From assembly GCF_018350175.1 (NCBI RefSeq), contig NC_058383.1:19904001-19968000 (forward strand): a stretch of 64,000 bases of DNA, in the 5' to 3' direction. Each line of letters opens with the position of its first letter. The stretch's first letter is position 1. The position numbers were made by a program, and so were the translations under genes. The DNA is from Felis catus (lineage: Eukaryota). The notes beneath the pieces are model-generated. The model searched no databases, was not told where the DNA came from, and was given only the letters and a program-made list of their open reading frames with translations. Below, in pieces: positions 24,870 to 37,147 of the stretch.

Positions 24870-25040
24870 GCTTAATTTGAGGCAGGCTCTGCATTGCACG
24901 TGCCACGTACATCTCACCCAAGCCTCACAGCAGTCCTGGGAGGGGAGGTTTTCTTAGACCCATTTTACAGATGAGGAGGAGACTTGCCCAAGATCCCAGA
25001 ACTAGCAGGAGGCAGCGGGTGCCAGGTCTCAGGGCAGATC
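24870..25040 (-). mobile_element. MIR SINE
   Basis: CCCATTTTACAGATGAGGA...GACTTGCCCAAGATC. Confidence 0.8.
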
Positions 25041-26259
25041 CCACAGACAGAAGGGCCATGAACCTAACAGGGGCCCCCCATTCAGGGGAGTTATGTGCAA
25101 ACAGTGAGCAGCAGGAGGGGATATGGGGGCTCCTCTGGGATACTGCCTTCCTCCCCTGGGACCCCAGGCCAGGCCTGGGGGAGGGCAGTCAGGGGGTCAT
25201 TCTCACCCCCACTGAGCTCTAGGACCTCCTGGCTGCAAACAGGGAGTTCCCACTGCCAGGAAGAAGGCCAAGGGCATTCACGCATGATTCACCACCAGTC
25301 TCCCAGGCTTTCAAGATTGTCCCCTTTAAGAGAAGCCAATTTATTTTTTACTCAAAATCCATACGAAACAATTGAACAATAAAACTGCCAGCTTCGCTGT
25401 CTCTTTCAGCGGGAAACATGATCACCCCCGAAATTAAGCCTCCTCTCTTTCCCTCCTTCCCTCCCTTGGGCCCTTCCTTCGGTAAATATTTTCATGAGCA
25501 CCTACTATGCTCCAGGAGTCGTGCTAAGTTCAGATTTCCCGTTCACGGGCGACTCCCTCCTGAGACTTATACTTAAAGCAGCTTTTTGATTTCCAAACTT
25601 GGCTGTCGTCCATTACAGGGGTTTCAAGTCAGTAACCTTTAAAGGAAAAAGTAACCAGCTGGGTGACTCGTAAACTGTGGCCTTGGATGGGGACGCCCAG
25701 GTCTCTGCTCCTGAATGCCACGTGTGGAGACTAACCATGGGGCTTCACCCCAGAAGCTGGAGTCAGCAAGATTTAAATCAATAAGAGGGGTGGCGTAGGA
25801 CCTAGTGTGGGAAACCGACATGACCCTGAGCTGGGCTCAGCTGAGCTTGGTGGGGAGGAGGGCGTGGGGGTGGGGGGCGCTGCTTCCATGTCACTGTGGC
25901 ACTCCCAGCCCCAGCACCTGCTGTGGGGGGCTGTCTCTGGAGATAAATGTAACCTTAGCAGGTCAACTCTTTCTGCTGGCCCAAGGCAAGGCAGGAGCTG
26001 CCTTCATCCGAGCTGGGAAATAAAACCCCCATGCACCATTGATGAACTTCTGCTAGCAGCGTTTATGGACACGCTTTATCTCTCGGATGTCATACATTAC
26101 TGACGCTGCCTCCCCCGCCCCTGGACCACTGCTGAAGGGCAGAGCGCGCTCTGTGGAGGGAGGCAAGGGCTCTCCAGACCCACCAGACTGGGGGTCCTGT
26201 CCGGAGGCTTGGCAAGCCACCCAGGAGCAGGGGACTGTGGTGGTGACAGCCTGGATTTT

Positions 26260-26478
26260 TTTTTAACATATATTTTTTAATGTTTATTTTTGAGAGAGAC
26301 AGAGTGTGAGCGCGGCTGGGGGGTGGTGCAGGGAGAGAAGGAGACACAGAATCCAAAGCAGACTCCAGGCTCCGAGCTGTCAGCACAGAGCCCGACGCGG
26401 GGCTCGAACTCACAGACTGCGAGATCATGACCTGAGCCGAAGTCGGATGCTTAACTGACTGAGCCACCCAGGCACCTC
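26260..26478 (-). mobile_element. Can-SINE with 18-bp TSD
   Basis: TSD GGTGACAGCCTGGATTTT (26242-26259) / GGTAACAGCCTGGATTTT (26479-26496). Confidence 0.97.
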
Positions 26479-26734
26479 GGTAACAGCCTGGATTTTAAAG
26501 TCCGGGAGCTCAAGTTTGTCTTTATTCTTGTTATTATCTCATGACTACAAAAGGGAGTGGTCTCAGTGCCCCAGGATTGTGGGAAGATTGGGTGAGACAG
26601 TGAACTCAAAGGGCTTAGCACAGCCCCACAGCCTGGCGCATCATAAACCCTCAAGAAATGGAAGCCGAGTTATGTCATGAAGCGGTTGTAAAAGTCAACA
26701 CTATACGCAGGTGGGGGTTGACACCTCGGCGAGG

Positions 26735-26945
26735 GTCCAGCTCCAAGGACTCTGGGCCTGGGATCGAAGCCCAGCCCACCCCCTTATCAGCTGGGTTGGG
26801 CAAGTCCCTTGGCTGCTTTGCACCTCAGTTTCCTCATCTGTAGAATGGGATAAGAACAGTGCCTACGTGATAGAGCCGTTCTGATAGTTCAGTGGGTTAA
26901 CCGTAGCGAGAGCTTGGAACAGCGCCTCGCCCGTTGCACACACTG
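26735..26945 (+). mobile_element. MIR SINE
   Basis: TTGGGCAAGTCCCTT...CCTCAGTTTCCTCATCTGTAGAATGGGATAA. Confidence 0.85.
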
Positions 26946-27087
26946 TGTGAAGACCCCATTAGGCTCCCCCTCTAGCCTGCACATCAGCACTTTGTCTGAC
27001 CCTCTCTGTGGTGCAGGTACTTTTTCTGATATTATATTGCCCTCCCCTCCATGATGGGGATCGGGGTTGATGGACGTTCAAAGTCAT

Positions 27088-27426
27088 TGTGGCAGACGGA
27101 ATAATGGTCCTCCAAAGGCGTGCACATCCTAATCCTGGAACCTGTGAATATGTTCCCTCGTGGCAAAAAGGGTTTTGTGGGTGAGATTAAGGATTTTGAG
27201 ATGGGAAAGTATCCTGGTTTATCTGGAGAGGCCAAGATAATCACAGGGTCCTTATAAGAGAAAGGCAGAGACAGATTTTCTCCTAGAACCTCCCATGGGA
27301 ACACAGACCCGTTCATTTGAGGACTTCTGACCTGCAGAACTATGAAGTAACAGAATTGAGTGGTTTGAAACCATTCAACTCTTCAATTTGTGGGAATTGT
27401 TCTCGCAGAGATAGGAAATGCATACA
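27088..27426 (+). mobile_element. MLT1D-like solo LTR (internally deleted)
   Basis: TGTGGCAGACGGAATAATGG...CCTAATCCTGGAACCTGTGAATATGTT...GGACTTCTGACCTGCAGAACT...ATACA. Confidence 0.88.
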
Positions 27427-28549
27427 ATCACGTAGCAAGAAGGGAGATCTAACCCCCACCCTCCCGCCCGCCCACGCCCAGCCCTGCAGCGTCAGCGTGA
27501 TAAAGCTTGGGGGCACCTGATGGGCCTGAATCCCTCTGGTCCTTTGATGGGTGCATTGGATAAATCATGGGGCTTCTCTGAGCTTGCTTTTCTCATCTGT
27601 ACAACGGGGATTTGTAATCGCTATGGGGATAAAAACCAGAGAGCCTGGTACACATCAGGTGTTCAGGGAAGAGAAGCTTCCTTCCCTACCTCCTCCGAGG
27701 CCAGCAAAAAATGGAGCTCCTCCCTCCCCTCTTCTCTTTGGTGACCTCCCACTGCCGGGTATGTGGACAGAAGTCCAGGCTGGGCCAGCCTGAGGAGGAC
27801 ATGTCTGTATGGCTGGTAGGCGGGGGGGAGGAGCCCAGGGTCTAGGCTGTTGTTTGGTGGGGAATGTGCAAGTGGAAAAGTCCATTCTACTTGGCCACTT
27901 TCTCATGGTCTGACCGCTTCTGGTTCAGTCTGTGCGAAGCAGACCCACTCCTGTGTCTATACTGCTTGCTCTAAGGGCTTTTTGCCAAGGTCTTAACAAT
28001 AGTTGTATCAACACGGTAACTTTTTTTTTTTTTTTCCTGCTAATTACCAAAAGAAGGCTTTGAAGATACACTGTTTAAACTAATATGGGTCTCTTTAGGT
28101 CATTCTTGGCAGTCCTCAAAGACAGACGCTGCATATTGCTAATAAGGTCGCCTTCAGAGTCAGAAAGGCACATAGACAAGACTCCTATCCTTAATCATAC
28201 GGGACGTCTTGTATCCAGACTTTTCAAGGCCAGCTTCTGAGGTTAATACAACATCCCACAGGGTACTGTTTAAGAACATCACCGTTGGGGAATGCTCCCC
28301 CTCAATTCTTCCCTCTATAGTTCCTTCCACAGTTTAAGTTCATTACAAGAATGACTAGACGTTTGCAATGATCAGATGCTAGGGCTGTGCGCTTCCTTCC
28401 TGTTCTTCTAAAGCTTCAACACAATAACTTAAAAACTTACTGGGAAACTTTTTTTTGGGGGGGAGGGTTGTGAATTTATAGAATAACCATCCTGCCTTCT
28501 CCCCAGAAATGTTGCTGATGTTGGGACCTCAGCTTTCCCTTATTGAACA

Positions 28550-28800
28550 ATGTATTTATTGAGAAGCTATTCTATGCGCCAGCCACTAGGTGCTAGGGAT
28601 GTAGCTTTTTTATGTTTGAGCTTAAATTCTGCTGGACAGGGACCGACAATAAATATGCAAAGAGGTAATTGAATAGATGCAGAAATTTTAGATTTCAGTA
28701 AGTATCATGGAGAAAATTAAACAAGGTGATAATGAACATGACCAGGGGAGAAAGCACTCTCTGGGGAAGGTAGTTGAGCTGGGCATCTGACGAAAGCTGG
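28550..28800 (-). mobile_element. L2 fragment
   Basis: TATTTATTGAGAAGCTATTCTATGCGCCAGCCACT...GCTAGGGAT. Confidence 0.7.
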
Positions 28801-28876
28801 GGGTGGTGATGGGAGGTGGGGACCCCCTGGGTGGGCCCCAAGCTGGGGAGGCAGTCACAGCCCTGACTGGTACTTC

Positions 28877-28993
28877 TTTTTTTTTTTTTTAAGTTTATTT
28901 ATTTAAGTAAGTAGTCTCTATACCCAATGTGGGGCTCGAACTCACAACCCGGAGATCAAGAATCCCATGCTCTGCTGAGTGAGCCCACCGGGT
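28877..28993 (-). mobile_element. Short, old Can-SINE
   Basis: Poly-T, CCCAATGTGGGGCTCGAACTCACAACCCGGAGATCAAGA. Confidence 0.88.
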
Positions 28994-29239
28994 CTGGGAT
29001 GCGCTCCCTCCAGGGCTAGGAACTGGGTAGCGTTCAGCCTAGGAGGGGAGGTGGGTGTGCCAGGGCCCGCTGCTGTTGGAGGTGCCTAAACAATGTGCCA
29101 CGCTGGGGGAGGGGGGGCTATTTTTAACCTGCGGGACCTAAGTGTTGCTTTGGTGGAGGGGGACGCCAGGGGGTCCGTGAGCCCCGGCCTCACCTGCTCA
29201 GGAGACTTGAAGATGCAGCCATCCTGGCAGTACAAACAC

Positions 29240-29424
29240 ACGCCCTACAGCCAGATGCGCTGAGCTCCAAAGCCAGCTCTGCCATTCCGGGCCCTTTTTG
29301 TCTCAGTTTCCCCATCTGGAAAGTGGGGTTGCTAAGAGCACCTACTCCTAAGGTTGCTGACGTGCAAGTGCATTGCTGCCTACAAAGCTCTCTTGTGTGC
29401 TCTACCTGGCGCATACTAAATGCT
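29240..29424 (+). mobile_element. MIR SINE
   Basis: CTCAGTTTCCCCATCTGGAAAGTGGGG...CACCTACTCCTAAGGTTGCTG. Confidence 0.75.
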
Positions 29425-29769
29425 CACACACACATACACACACGCGCGCGCGCACGATTTAGGTTTCTGACTTCCAAATAAGACTTTTTTTACACCATTA
29501 TATTCAGAGATCCACCAACAGGTCTGAAAGAAGTCATTTATTCTCAAACTTTAAATTTATGTCCCAAACCTGGACCTCACTGCCCACAGGGAACACGGAA
29601 TTGATAATATTTTAGAACTCCCATAATTATCTTATGAAAAGTATAATTACATTGCTTTGCCTTTTTTTTCCTGAGGGTTTTAAAAATGTTAATATGTGCA
29701 CTGGAGATGTGCCTTGACTCTGCTGAGGTTTTTGGGGGGGCCTTCTTTTATTTTTTAATATGTCAAGAG

Positions 29770-30240
29770 CCTCCGGGAATGGCGGGGGCTCCGCCACCCC
29801 CAGGCTTCTGGGGGCGATGGTGGAGGAGGAGGGGGCGGGGCGGGAGGTGTCCCAGCTCAGCACGTGGGCGTGACTTCTCTTCCTCCTCCCACGGAGGCGG
29901 GAGGCAGTCGCTCCCCGAGCGCTGAGCTCCCTCCACTGTGCTTTTCAATCTTAATTTCCCGACCTGTCGCGCCACCCGCAGCCCCGGCCAGCAGGCGGCG
30001 TGGGGGAAGCAATTACTGTTGACATGGTCACATGGTCATGGCCTTCAGTAGCCCACGTGGCGCGGGCGGCCAGCCCCCCGTATGTGGCCGCCGTCTGCTT
30101 CTCCTCTCACTCCTACCACCGGGTCCGAGGAGCCCGGGGGAGTGGACAGCCGGCCTCCAGGCGCGGCACAGCCACCAGGGCCGTCAGCCCGTCCTTGCCG
30201 GCCCCTGCCCTGCTCCCCGCCAGGCAGCCCGCATCCTGAA
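29770..30240. promoter_or_regulatory. Small CpG-rich island (candidate promoter or enhancer)
   Basis: High GC and CpG; GC box GGGGGCGGGGCGGG at 29831; CACGTG at 29861 and 30054; CTCF-like CCAGCAGGCGGCG near 29988. Confidence 0.5.
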
Positions 30241-31463
30241 GCAGACCAGCCCCAGCTAGTCTAGGGAGGGAAGATTTTAGGGTTTTGTGGGTCAGCTTGG
30301 CTGTAGGAGTCACAGAGACTTGGATTCCCGTCATGGCTTCTCTACTTGACCTTTTATGATTATTATCATCATTATTTTTTAATGCTAGCTAAACATTTAT
30401 TGAGGGGGGTGTTAAGCTCTTTCCTTGGATTACATCATGCATTCTGCTTGACCTCGAAGAAGTTACTCTTTATCCCGGGCCCTCGATTTGTTGCATCTGT
30501 GAAATGGGCTTTGATTTACAGTGTCTCGGCAAGACCCGGCTGAGCTGTGGTTGAGTTATGCGTAAATGCGGAACAGCTATAGCTCAGCACCTGGGACCTC
30601 GTATGTACTCAGTAGATTACCATCAGCAGACAGCGCTGGCCCAGCCACACAGCCCCAGCCCTGAGTGTCGAGGATCTGGGCAAGTCCAGGTGCCTTCCCC
30701 CAAACGTCGCTGTGTTTGTATTCCCCTCCTCTGTCTCCCCATTCCTGGCCACTGTCTCAGTTTTTCTGGCTGGTGTTCCTAATTCTGGCTTGACCTCAGC
30801 CTCCCCCGTCCAGCTCTGTGACTCTCAGGGCGAGTCCCCATCGGATCAGCAGATCCCCCTAGGGAGCCTGGCTGGAGCCCGAATTCCCTAGAGTCTATGG
30901 GGCACTGGGTGGGGTCAATAGACGTACCCTTGCGGGGTCCAGGCTGTAGGGCTGATTCTGCCAACCCAAGGGGCCACTCCCTTACCCTGGCTCTTCCTGC
31001 TTATGACAGGTGTCGGCATTATCACAACAGCCAGGAGGCACGGGCGAGTTGTCAACTGTCACCGTTCCCTGGTGACCACAATTAGAGTGAAGACCCCAGC
31101 ATTAATAGGCACTAGGGACTATACCCCTCAGCCACTGTACTGAGACCTTCCCCTTTGTAATTTCTCTGAAAGCTCAGAAAACCTCTAGGGTTTTAAAGAT
31201 GAGAAAGCAGGGGACCAGGAAGTAGGTCACCTGAAGTTGCACCGAGAGTCGTGGGTAGGTAAGGGGTAAGGGGACAGGGTGAGGGTTGCAATGGTTGTCA
31301 CCAGCCTGGACATCCCTGTCCTATCAGGACAAGGATGGCTGGAAGACTGGGTCTGGAGCCCCCCTTGGATTTGGGGAGAGCTGGGGGATCTTGGGCGGGG
31401 ACAGGCTGGCTGGGGGCCATTGGGGGCAGCTGTTCGCCAACTATTTGGGAAGGTTGTCAATGT

Positions 31464-31686
31464 ATATATATTTTAAGTTTATTTATTTATTTTGAGAGAG
31501 AGAGAGAGCATGAGTGTGTGAGTGGGGGAGGGGCAGAGGAGAGAGAGGGGGACAGAGAATCCCAAGCAGGCTCCCTGCCGTCAGCACAGAGCCCGACGTG
31601 GGGCTCGAACGCACGAACGGTGAGATCATGCCCTGAGCCGAAATTTAGAGTCAGACGCCTAACCGACGGAGCTACCCAGGTGCCCC
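31464..31686 (-). mobile_element. Can-SINE with degenerate TSD
   Basis: GAAGGTTGTCAATGT (31449-31463) / GAAAGTTGTCAATAT (31689-31703). Confidence 0.95.
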
Positions 31687-31914
31687 TTGAAAGTTGTCAA
31701 TATTTAAAGGACCTGTACAGCCAGTCCCAGGTGGGACTCAAACTCCGGGCTCCTCTTCCTTTTCTTCTGCAAACTTCTCTCGTCTCCCTTTCATTGCCTT
31801 CATCTCCTCCTCCTCCTCTGCCTCTTCCCTCTCTTCCTCCTGCCCACCCTCCTTTTCTTTCTCTCCCCTTCTCCCAGGAGGCCCCGCAGGCAGGAGTCTC
31901 TGGGGAGCTCTAAC

Positions 31915-32297
31915 AGTCCGCTGGGCTGCCGGGCAAAGTCCCACAGCGTGGGGGGGCCTCCCACCGCAGGGACTTGTGTTCTCATGCTCCTGGAGTCTGC
32001 AAGTCCGAGAGCAGGGGTCCAGGAGCAAGGCTGGCTTCTCCTGAGGCCCCTCTCCGTGGCCCGTGGATGGCCTCTCCTGGGTAGGCACACATCTGTGATG
32101 TCTCTCCCCGGGGCCTGTTCTCCTCTTGTAGGGACGCCAGTTAGACGGGATGAGCGCCACCCTCACACCTCAGTTTAGCCGAATCACCTCTCGGAAGGCC
32201 CCACCTCCAAATACAGTCACATTCTGAGGTGCCGGGGCCCTCAGGCCTCGGCGTAGGAATTGGGGGGATGGGCAGGCGCCCAGCTCCGTCCATAAAC
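31915..32297 (-). mobile_element. MLT1B/C-like LTR
   Basis: TGCAAGTCCGAGAGCAGGG...CTCCAAATACAGTCACATTCTGAGGT. Confidence 0.82.
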
Positions 32298-32389
32298 AAG
32301 GGTCCGTCCTGGGCAGTCTCCTTCTCCCCCAGTGCAGGTCCCCAGCGTGTGCTCCAGAAAGCCACCAAGGAGCAGCCGGCCTTTTCGCT

Positions 32390-32590
32390 TACTCGTTTAT
32401 TAAACTCTTGTAGACGGTGCAGAGAGTTTCAGAATACCCTTCACCCAGCCTCTTCTGATCTTAGTAGCTTACCTTACCGTGGTGCGTCAACACCGGTACG
32501 ATATTATTAAGTGAACTAGAGACTTTATTTAGATTTCATCACCAATGTTCTTTTTCCTGTTCCAGAAGCCCCCACCGCACTTACCCTTTC
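32390..32590 (-). mobile_element. L1MC-like 3' UTR fragment
   Basis: CAGAGAGTTTCAGAATACCCTTCACCCAG...GACTTTATTTAGATTTCA...AATGTTCTTTTTCCTGTTCCAG. Confidence 0.7.
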
Positions 32591-33096
32591 ACTTGCTAGA
32601 TTCCAAATCCGGCACGCAGAGCCGGGAGGGCCTGGCTCAGGGTCCCGTGCAAAGGCAGACTAAAGCGGCCTCTTTGTTCTCCCCCCAGGGCCGCACCGTG
32701 GAAGCCCCTGGGAGCTTTCGTAACGCCGTGTTCCTCCACCGAAGCTGCTGCTACCGACAGGAGGCCCCTGGCCACTTGGATGACGGCCGCCATGTGATTC
32801 CCACACAAACGCCGGGCTGTGGTTGTGGTTCACCTCCGCACCGGGTAGGGACCGTTGGGGCAGGCTTCGCTTCCTTGTTTCCGGAACGGGGGTGACGCTA
32901 ACTAACTACGTCCTTTCGCCGCTCTGTGCCTCAGTTTCCTCCTAGAGTAAAGGAGAGGCGGGGGGGGGGTGGCCTCACATCTGTCTCCAACAACTGTTGG
33001 TGGTTCTGCTGAGTTGTATATGCAAATCAGCCGGCACCAGTGATGCTCTAAGAGCCATTGTCAGCTGTACCTGGGCACCTTGGGGACTTATGCTCT

Positions 33097-33266
33097 GTGG
33101 TCAAATGCTCTCCCCCTGAGCGATAGCCCCTTGGGGACTGACACTCTGAGGTTGGGTCCCACTTTGGAGATTCTGATTTTATTGGCCAGGGCTGCCCGTC
33201 TGGGCATAAGGATTCACAAAGCTCCCTGGGTGATTCTAATGTGCAACCGGGGTGGAGAGTCAGCGG
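33097..33266. mobile_element. MER5-like hAT DNA transposon
   Basis: GAGATTCTGATTTTATTGG...AAGCTCCCTGGGTGATTCTAATGTGCAACCGGGGTGGAGA. Confidence 0.8.
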
Positions 33267-33400
33267 CTTAAATAAATATTTCCTCCCAAGCCCGCCTATC
33301 AACAGCTTCAGTGAAGAAGCAAGAATCAGAATTAAAACCGTCCGGTAGGAGGGATGCTGGGTGGTAACGCCTCAGTGTTCCTCTAAAAATAACACCCCTT

Positions 33401-33619
33401 GGGGCGCCTGGGTGGCGCAGTCGGTTGAGCGTCCGACTTCAGCCAGGTCACGATCTCGCGGTCCGGGAGTTCGAGCCCCGCGTCGGGCTCTGGGCTGATG
33501 GCTCAGAGCCTGGAGCCTGTTGCCGATTCTGTGTCTCCCTCTCTCTCTGCCCCTCCCCCGTTCGTGCTCTGTCTCTCTCTGTCCCCAAAATAAATAAACG
33601 TTGAAAAAAAAAATTTTTT
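33401..33619 (+). mobile_element. Young felid Can-SINE with TSD
   Basis: GGGGCGCCTGGGTGGCGCAGTCGG...AATAAA; TSD AAATAACACCCCT at 33387-33399 and 33620-33632. Confidence 0.98.
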
Positions 33620-33639
33620 AAATAACACCCCTAACCGCG

Positions 33640-34070
33640 CCGCATTGATGACTGGTGCTCAAGCTGTGGGCTCGGTGCTGAGTGCTTTCTCTGCCTTATT
33701 GTCACAAAGACCTTATGACCCATTTTTGATTCTCTGAGGAAACTGCAGCTCAGAGAGTTTGAGTTACTTGCCCAAGGTCGCACAGCTATTCAAGGTCAGA
33801 GCTGGGTTATAACTACAGCCTGTGTTGTTGTTGTTTCTTCTTCTTCTTCTTCTTTTGAGAGAGAGAGAGAGTGAGTGTGGCAGGGGAGGGGCAGAGAAAG
33901 AGAGGGAGAGAGAGAATCTCGAGCAGGCCCCACACCCAGCCTGGAGCCCAACGCTGGGCTTCGTCTCAGGACCCTGGGATCATGACCTGAGCTGAAATCA
34001 AGAGTTGGATGCTCAACCGACTGAGCCACCCAGGCGCCCCAGAGCCTGTGATTTTTAGCCAGAGCGCTGC
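33640..34070 (-). mobile_element. MIR interrupted by a Can-SINE
   Basis: TGAGGAAACTGCAGCTCAGAGAG...TTACTTGCCCAAGGTCGCACAGCTA. Confidence 0.8.
33825..34040 (-). mobile_element. Older Can-SINE
   Basis: GGGATCATGACCTGAGCTGAAATCAAGAG...CAGGCGCCCC; flanking AGCCTGTG repeated. Confidence 0.95.
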
Positions 34071-34849
34071 CTTACTCAGAGCACTAAGCTGGCCTTAGGT
34101 TGTCACCATATGGCTCAATGGCTTTAAGTACAGTAATAAGAGATACCGCTCACTACCCACCTGCTATGTACCAGGTGCTGGCCTGAGTCTCGCTCCTTCC
34201 GATGGCCTTGAGAAGTAGGTATCATTTGCTACAACCTCCCAGGTGAGAAACGTCCCCAAAGAGATGAAATGTCTCACCTAAGGCCATCCAGCCGGTAAGT
34301 GGCGGGGCCGGGAACCGAACTCCCAGCTGCCTGATTCCCGGACCCTGAGGGGACACTGCCCGCCAGGGAGGGAGGAGGACCCACCCAGCAAGAAGCAGTA
34401 AGGAGGTTAAGTGAGCCTTGGAAGAGATAAAACCGCCTCCCTAATTTCTCCCGTGTCGGGTTGTGAAGTCGGTTTCATTTGTAAATACACTATTTAACGG
34501 TACCTGGGTGTGGCTTACTTGTTGCACACCCCAGGGGCCCAGGAGGCTGCAGCCAGCAGCATTTGGTGGGAGCCTCCTGGTGGGGGCAGGCGTGTGGGAT
34601 TGGCAGGGGCTTCTCCTCGGTGCTCCCCTCTCTGTTCCTTACCAGAGTGTCTCTGCGAGGGGGAAGACGGCTGTCTGGGTCAGCCATCTCTTGGCACTCC
34701 GATCTCAACCTCTGACTCTCCCCAGCCCTTGGCCTTAGCCCTTCTTGGGAACGGCCAGTATTCCTCGAGCAGGGGAAACAGTGACAATGATGGCCGAGGC
34801 AGGGAGCGGACCGTGGGAGAATGATGTTCCCCTCCCCCACAGCGTAGAG

Positions 34850-35190
34850 TTATTGCTGAGGGGAGCCTAAGGGCTCGATTTCCCAGGCTCCCTTGCATCT
34901 AAGGCGGACCGTGGACCCGTCCTGGCCAACGGAATGTGATGCAAGTGCTACGTGTCACTTCTGGGTCAAAGCGTGTGCCCTCTGAAGTCTTCCCCTATCA
35001 TCCACAGTGTGGAGAACGTTCTAGATGAGGGCAGAGCTGAAGGAGCCCGGGTTCCAGCACGGCCGTGGGGAAGCCAACAGCCAGAAGCACCACATCAGGC
35101 GGTCCATGAGTGAGGGAGCAACTTCTCTTGTTTTAGGTCGCCGAGATGTTGTGGTATATTTGTTATAGTATCTGCCTTTGCCTTAACCCA
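34850..35190 (+). mobile_element. MLT1J-like LTR
   Basis: TTTCCCAGGCTCCCTTGCATCTA...TGGCCAACGGAATGTGA...TTTGTTATAG. Confidence 0.7.
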
Positions 35191-35204
35191 CACCACAGAG
35201 TCTG

Positions 35205-35420
35205 TAGAGCAATTTACTGTATGTCATCGTGTGTGCAACAAAAGTCATCTCATTTAATTCTCTTAGCACGCTGGTGAATGAATTTTTGGCGGCGGATCTC
35301 TGGTGAGAGTACTGTTTATAGAGGGAGCAGGCTCAGAGGGGTGAAGTGACTTGCCCAAGGCCACAGAGCAAGTAAGCATCGGACCAGGATGTGAACCTAT
35401 GACTCTAAGACTCCACAGCG
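35205..35420 (-). mobile_element. MIR SINE
   Basis: GGCTCAGAGGGGTGAAGTGACTTGCCCAAGGCCACAGAGC. Confidence 0.85.
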
Positions 35421-35999
35421 TCTAGGACCTGTCACGTTTGGTGACGGCTGCTCGGAGTTTGTCTCTTCGTCTGTCTGCCCTTCCACTCTCCTGAGTGCGT
35501 CCCTTCCCAAGGTTTTGGCTTCCGCTTTGGTTTCCTAGCCTGGGGCCCCGTCCTGTCCTTGCTGTCCTTCCAAGCCTCGGCGCCTTGTTTCACACTCACG
35601 CCTGATGTGAGAGGACGTGCCGCCCGCAGGCAGCTCTTGGTGGACTTGACCTCCTGCTGCTAGTCCTGACCCCCAGACCCTGGGGACACACTCACGGTGG
35701 CGAGGAGGTGGTGGTTTCATCCAGGTGCCAAGGTCAGGCCCCTGTTTCAAGCAGATAGAGTCGAGATGGGAACCCAAGATCAGAAGTTGGGACCATCCAC
35801 GAAGAGGTCATCCAGCAGAGGTCATCCATGAAGTCAAAGCACAACTGGGAATGTGTCTGCACGAGAGCATGGCAACCGGCATGGGAGGCGGGCTCTGAGC
35901 ATCGGGGGAGGGGAGGGGAGTTCATGGTTGGCACACGCCAGCTAGGGCACAACGTCCCCTGGGCGGTTCTGCTCCCCTCCCCAAATTCACATCTGGCCA

Positions 36000-36590
36000 T
36001 GACGGACACGGGTGGCTTTTACTCCCGCACAACCGTCCTGAGGGACTGCTCTCCACCCCCACAACGTTGATGTGACTCTGATGGGCCGCCACTGAGAACA
36101 GCCTGTCCCCATCCTCACCGGGGAGTCACATGACCCTGGCTCAGCAAATATAATCCCTCACTATTCTGGTTACAGTGATTGGTTAAAGAACGGGTATATA
36201 ACTCAGGGTGGACCAATTACAGCTCTTGGGTTTTCCATTCGTTTGTTTGTAGAAGGAGGAAGGAGTGGTGCCTTGTCTTTTGGGTCTTGGAGTTGAGGGG
36301 ATATGGCAGCTCTCTCTTCTTCCAAGTGGTGGAAACTTGTACCTGGTGGGCGATAATAAGTCTAGAAAAGTCAAGACCTGACATAAGTAGGGGGTCAAAA
36401 GGGTGGAGACGGCGCTGGTGGTGGAAAAGAGAGAGGGCGGACAATTTTATTTGAGGCCCTGGATCCAGCTGTGCCTGAAGGCAGTCTTATATTGAACTAC
36501 GCAGTTGCGTGGACCAAAAAGTTTCCCTTCCATTTTAAACCCGTTTGAGTACGGTTACTATCACTTGAATCCAAGGGTCTGGAATGACCG
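36000..36590 (+). mobile_element. MLT1K-like LTR
   Basis: CAGTGATTGGTT...CCCTGGATCCAGCTGTGCCTGAAG...TTCCC...TCACTTGAATCCAAG. Confidence 0.72.
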
Positions 36591-37111
36591 TTTGCAATCT
36601 CTGTCTGCAGCTTGACTGACTCCTAGATCTCCAGACAGACTGTACTTGCTTACCCCCAGTGCCACCTGTGACTTCCCTCTGCCTGGGGCTCTTCGCAGCC
36701 GACCCCAGTTCAACCTTCAGCTCTTGCCCAGCGGCCATCCCCCCCGGGAAGTCCTTTTCGACTCCCCGCAGGCGTCCTCCCCTGGATCCCCTGGGCCCTT
36801 GGCAGCTCCCCAGTCTCCCTTCCGGACGAGGAGCTCTCCACGTTTGTGTATTTGCGGTCATATCGTAGCCGCCCTGCACAGGGTACGTGGCACGGCTCTG
36901 TATTTGCCGGAAGAATGTCTTGTTCCCAGTTCGATCACCCTGCGTCCTTGTGCAGAGGAGTCACGGGCGTCAGATGGATGGCCCGGTGTCGTTCAAAGTG
37001 TTGGCAGGAAATGCCACCAGTGGTGCCCACTGCAAGCAGCACTTGAGGGCAGTTTATAGAAGAGACTCCGTGCAGTGGCCCGGGCACGATTAAGAGCGGC
37101 CAGCCCAAGAT

Positions 37112-37147
37112 GGCAATGTTCCTGGGTCTAGCCACAAGGGGGAGCCA
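37112..37147 (+). promoter_or_regulatory. Candidate CTCF site with upstream module
   Basis: GGCAATGTTCC-TGGGTCTAG-CCACAAGGGGGAGCC resembles the long CTCF motif. Confidence 0.45.

Noticed and set aside
33401..33490. tRNA-like A/B boxes (also in the other SINE heads)
   Set aside because: tRNA-derived Can-SINE heads followed by (CT)n, an A-tail and a TSD; not tRNA genes.
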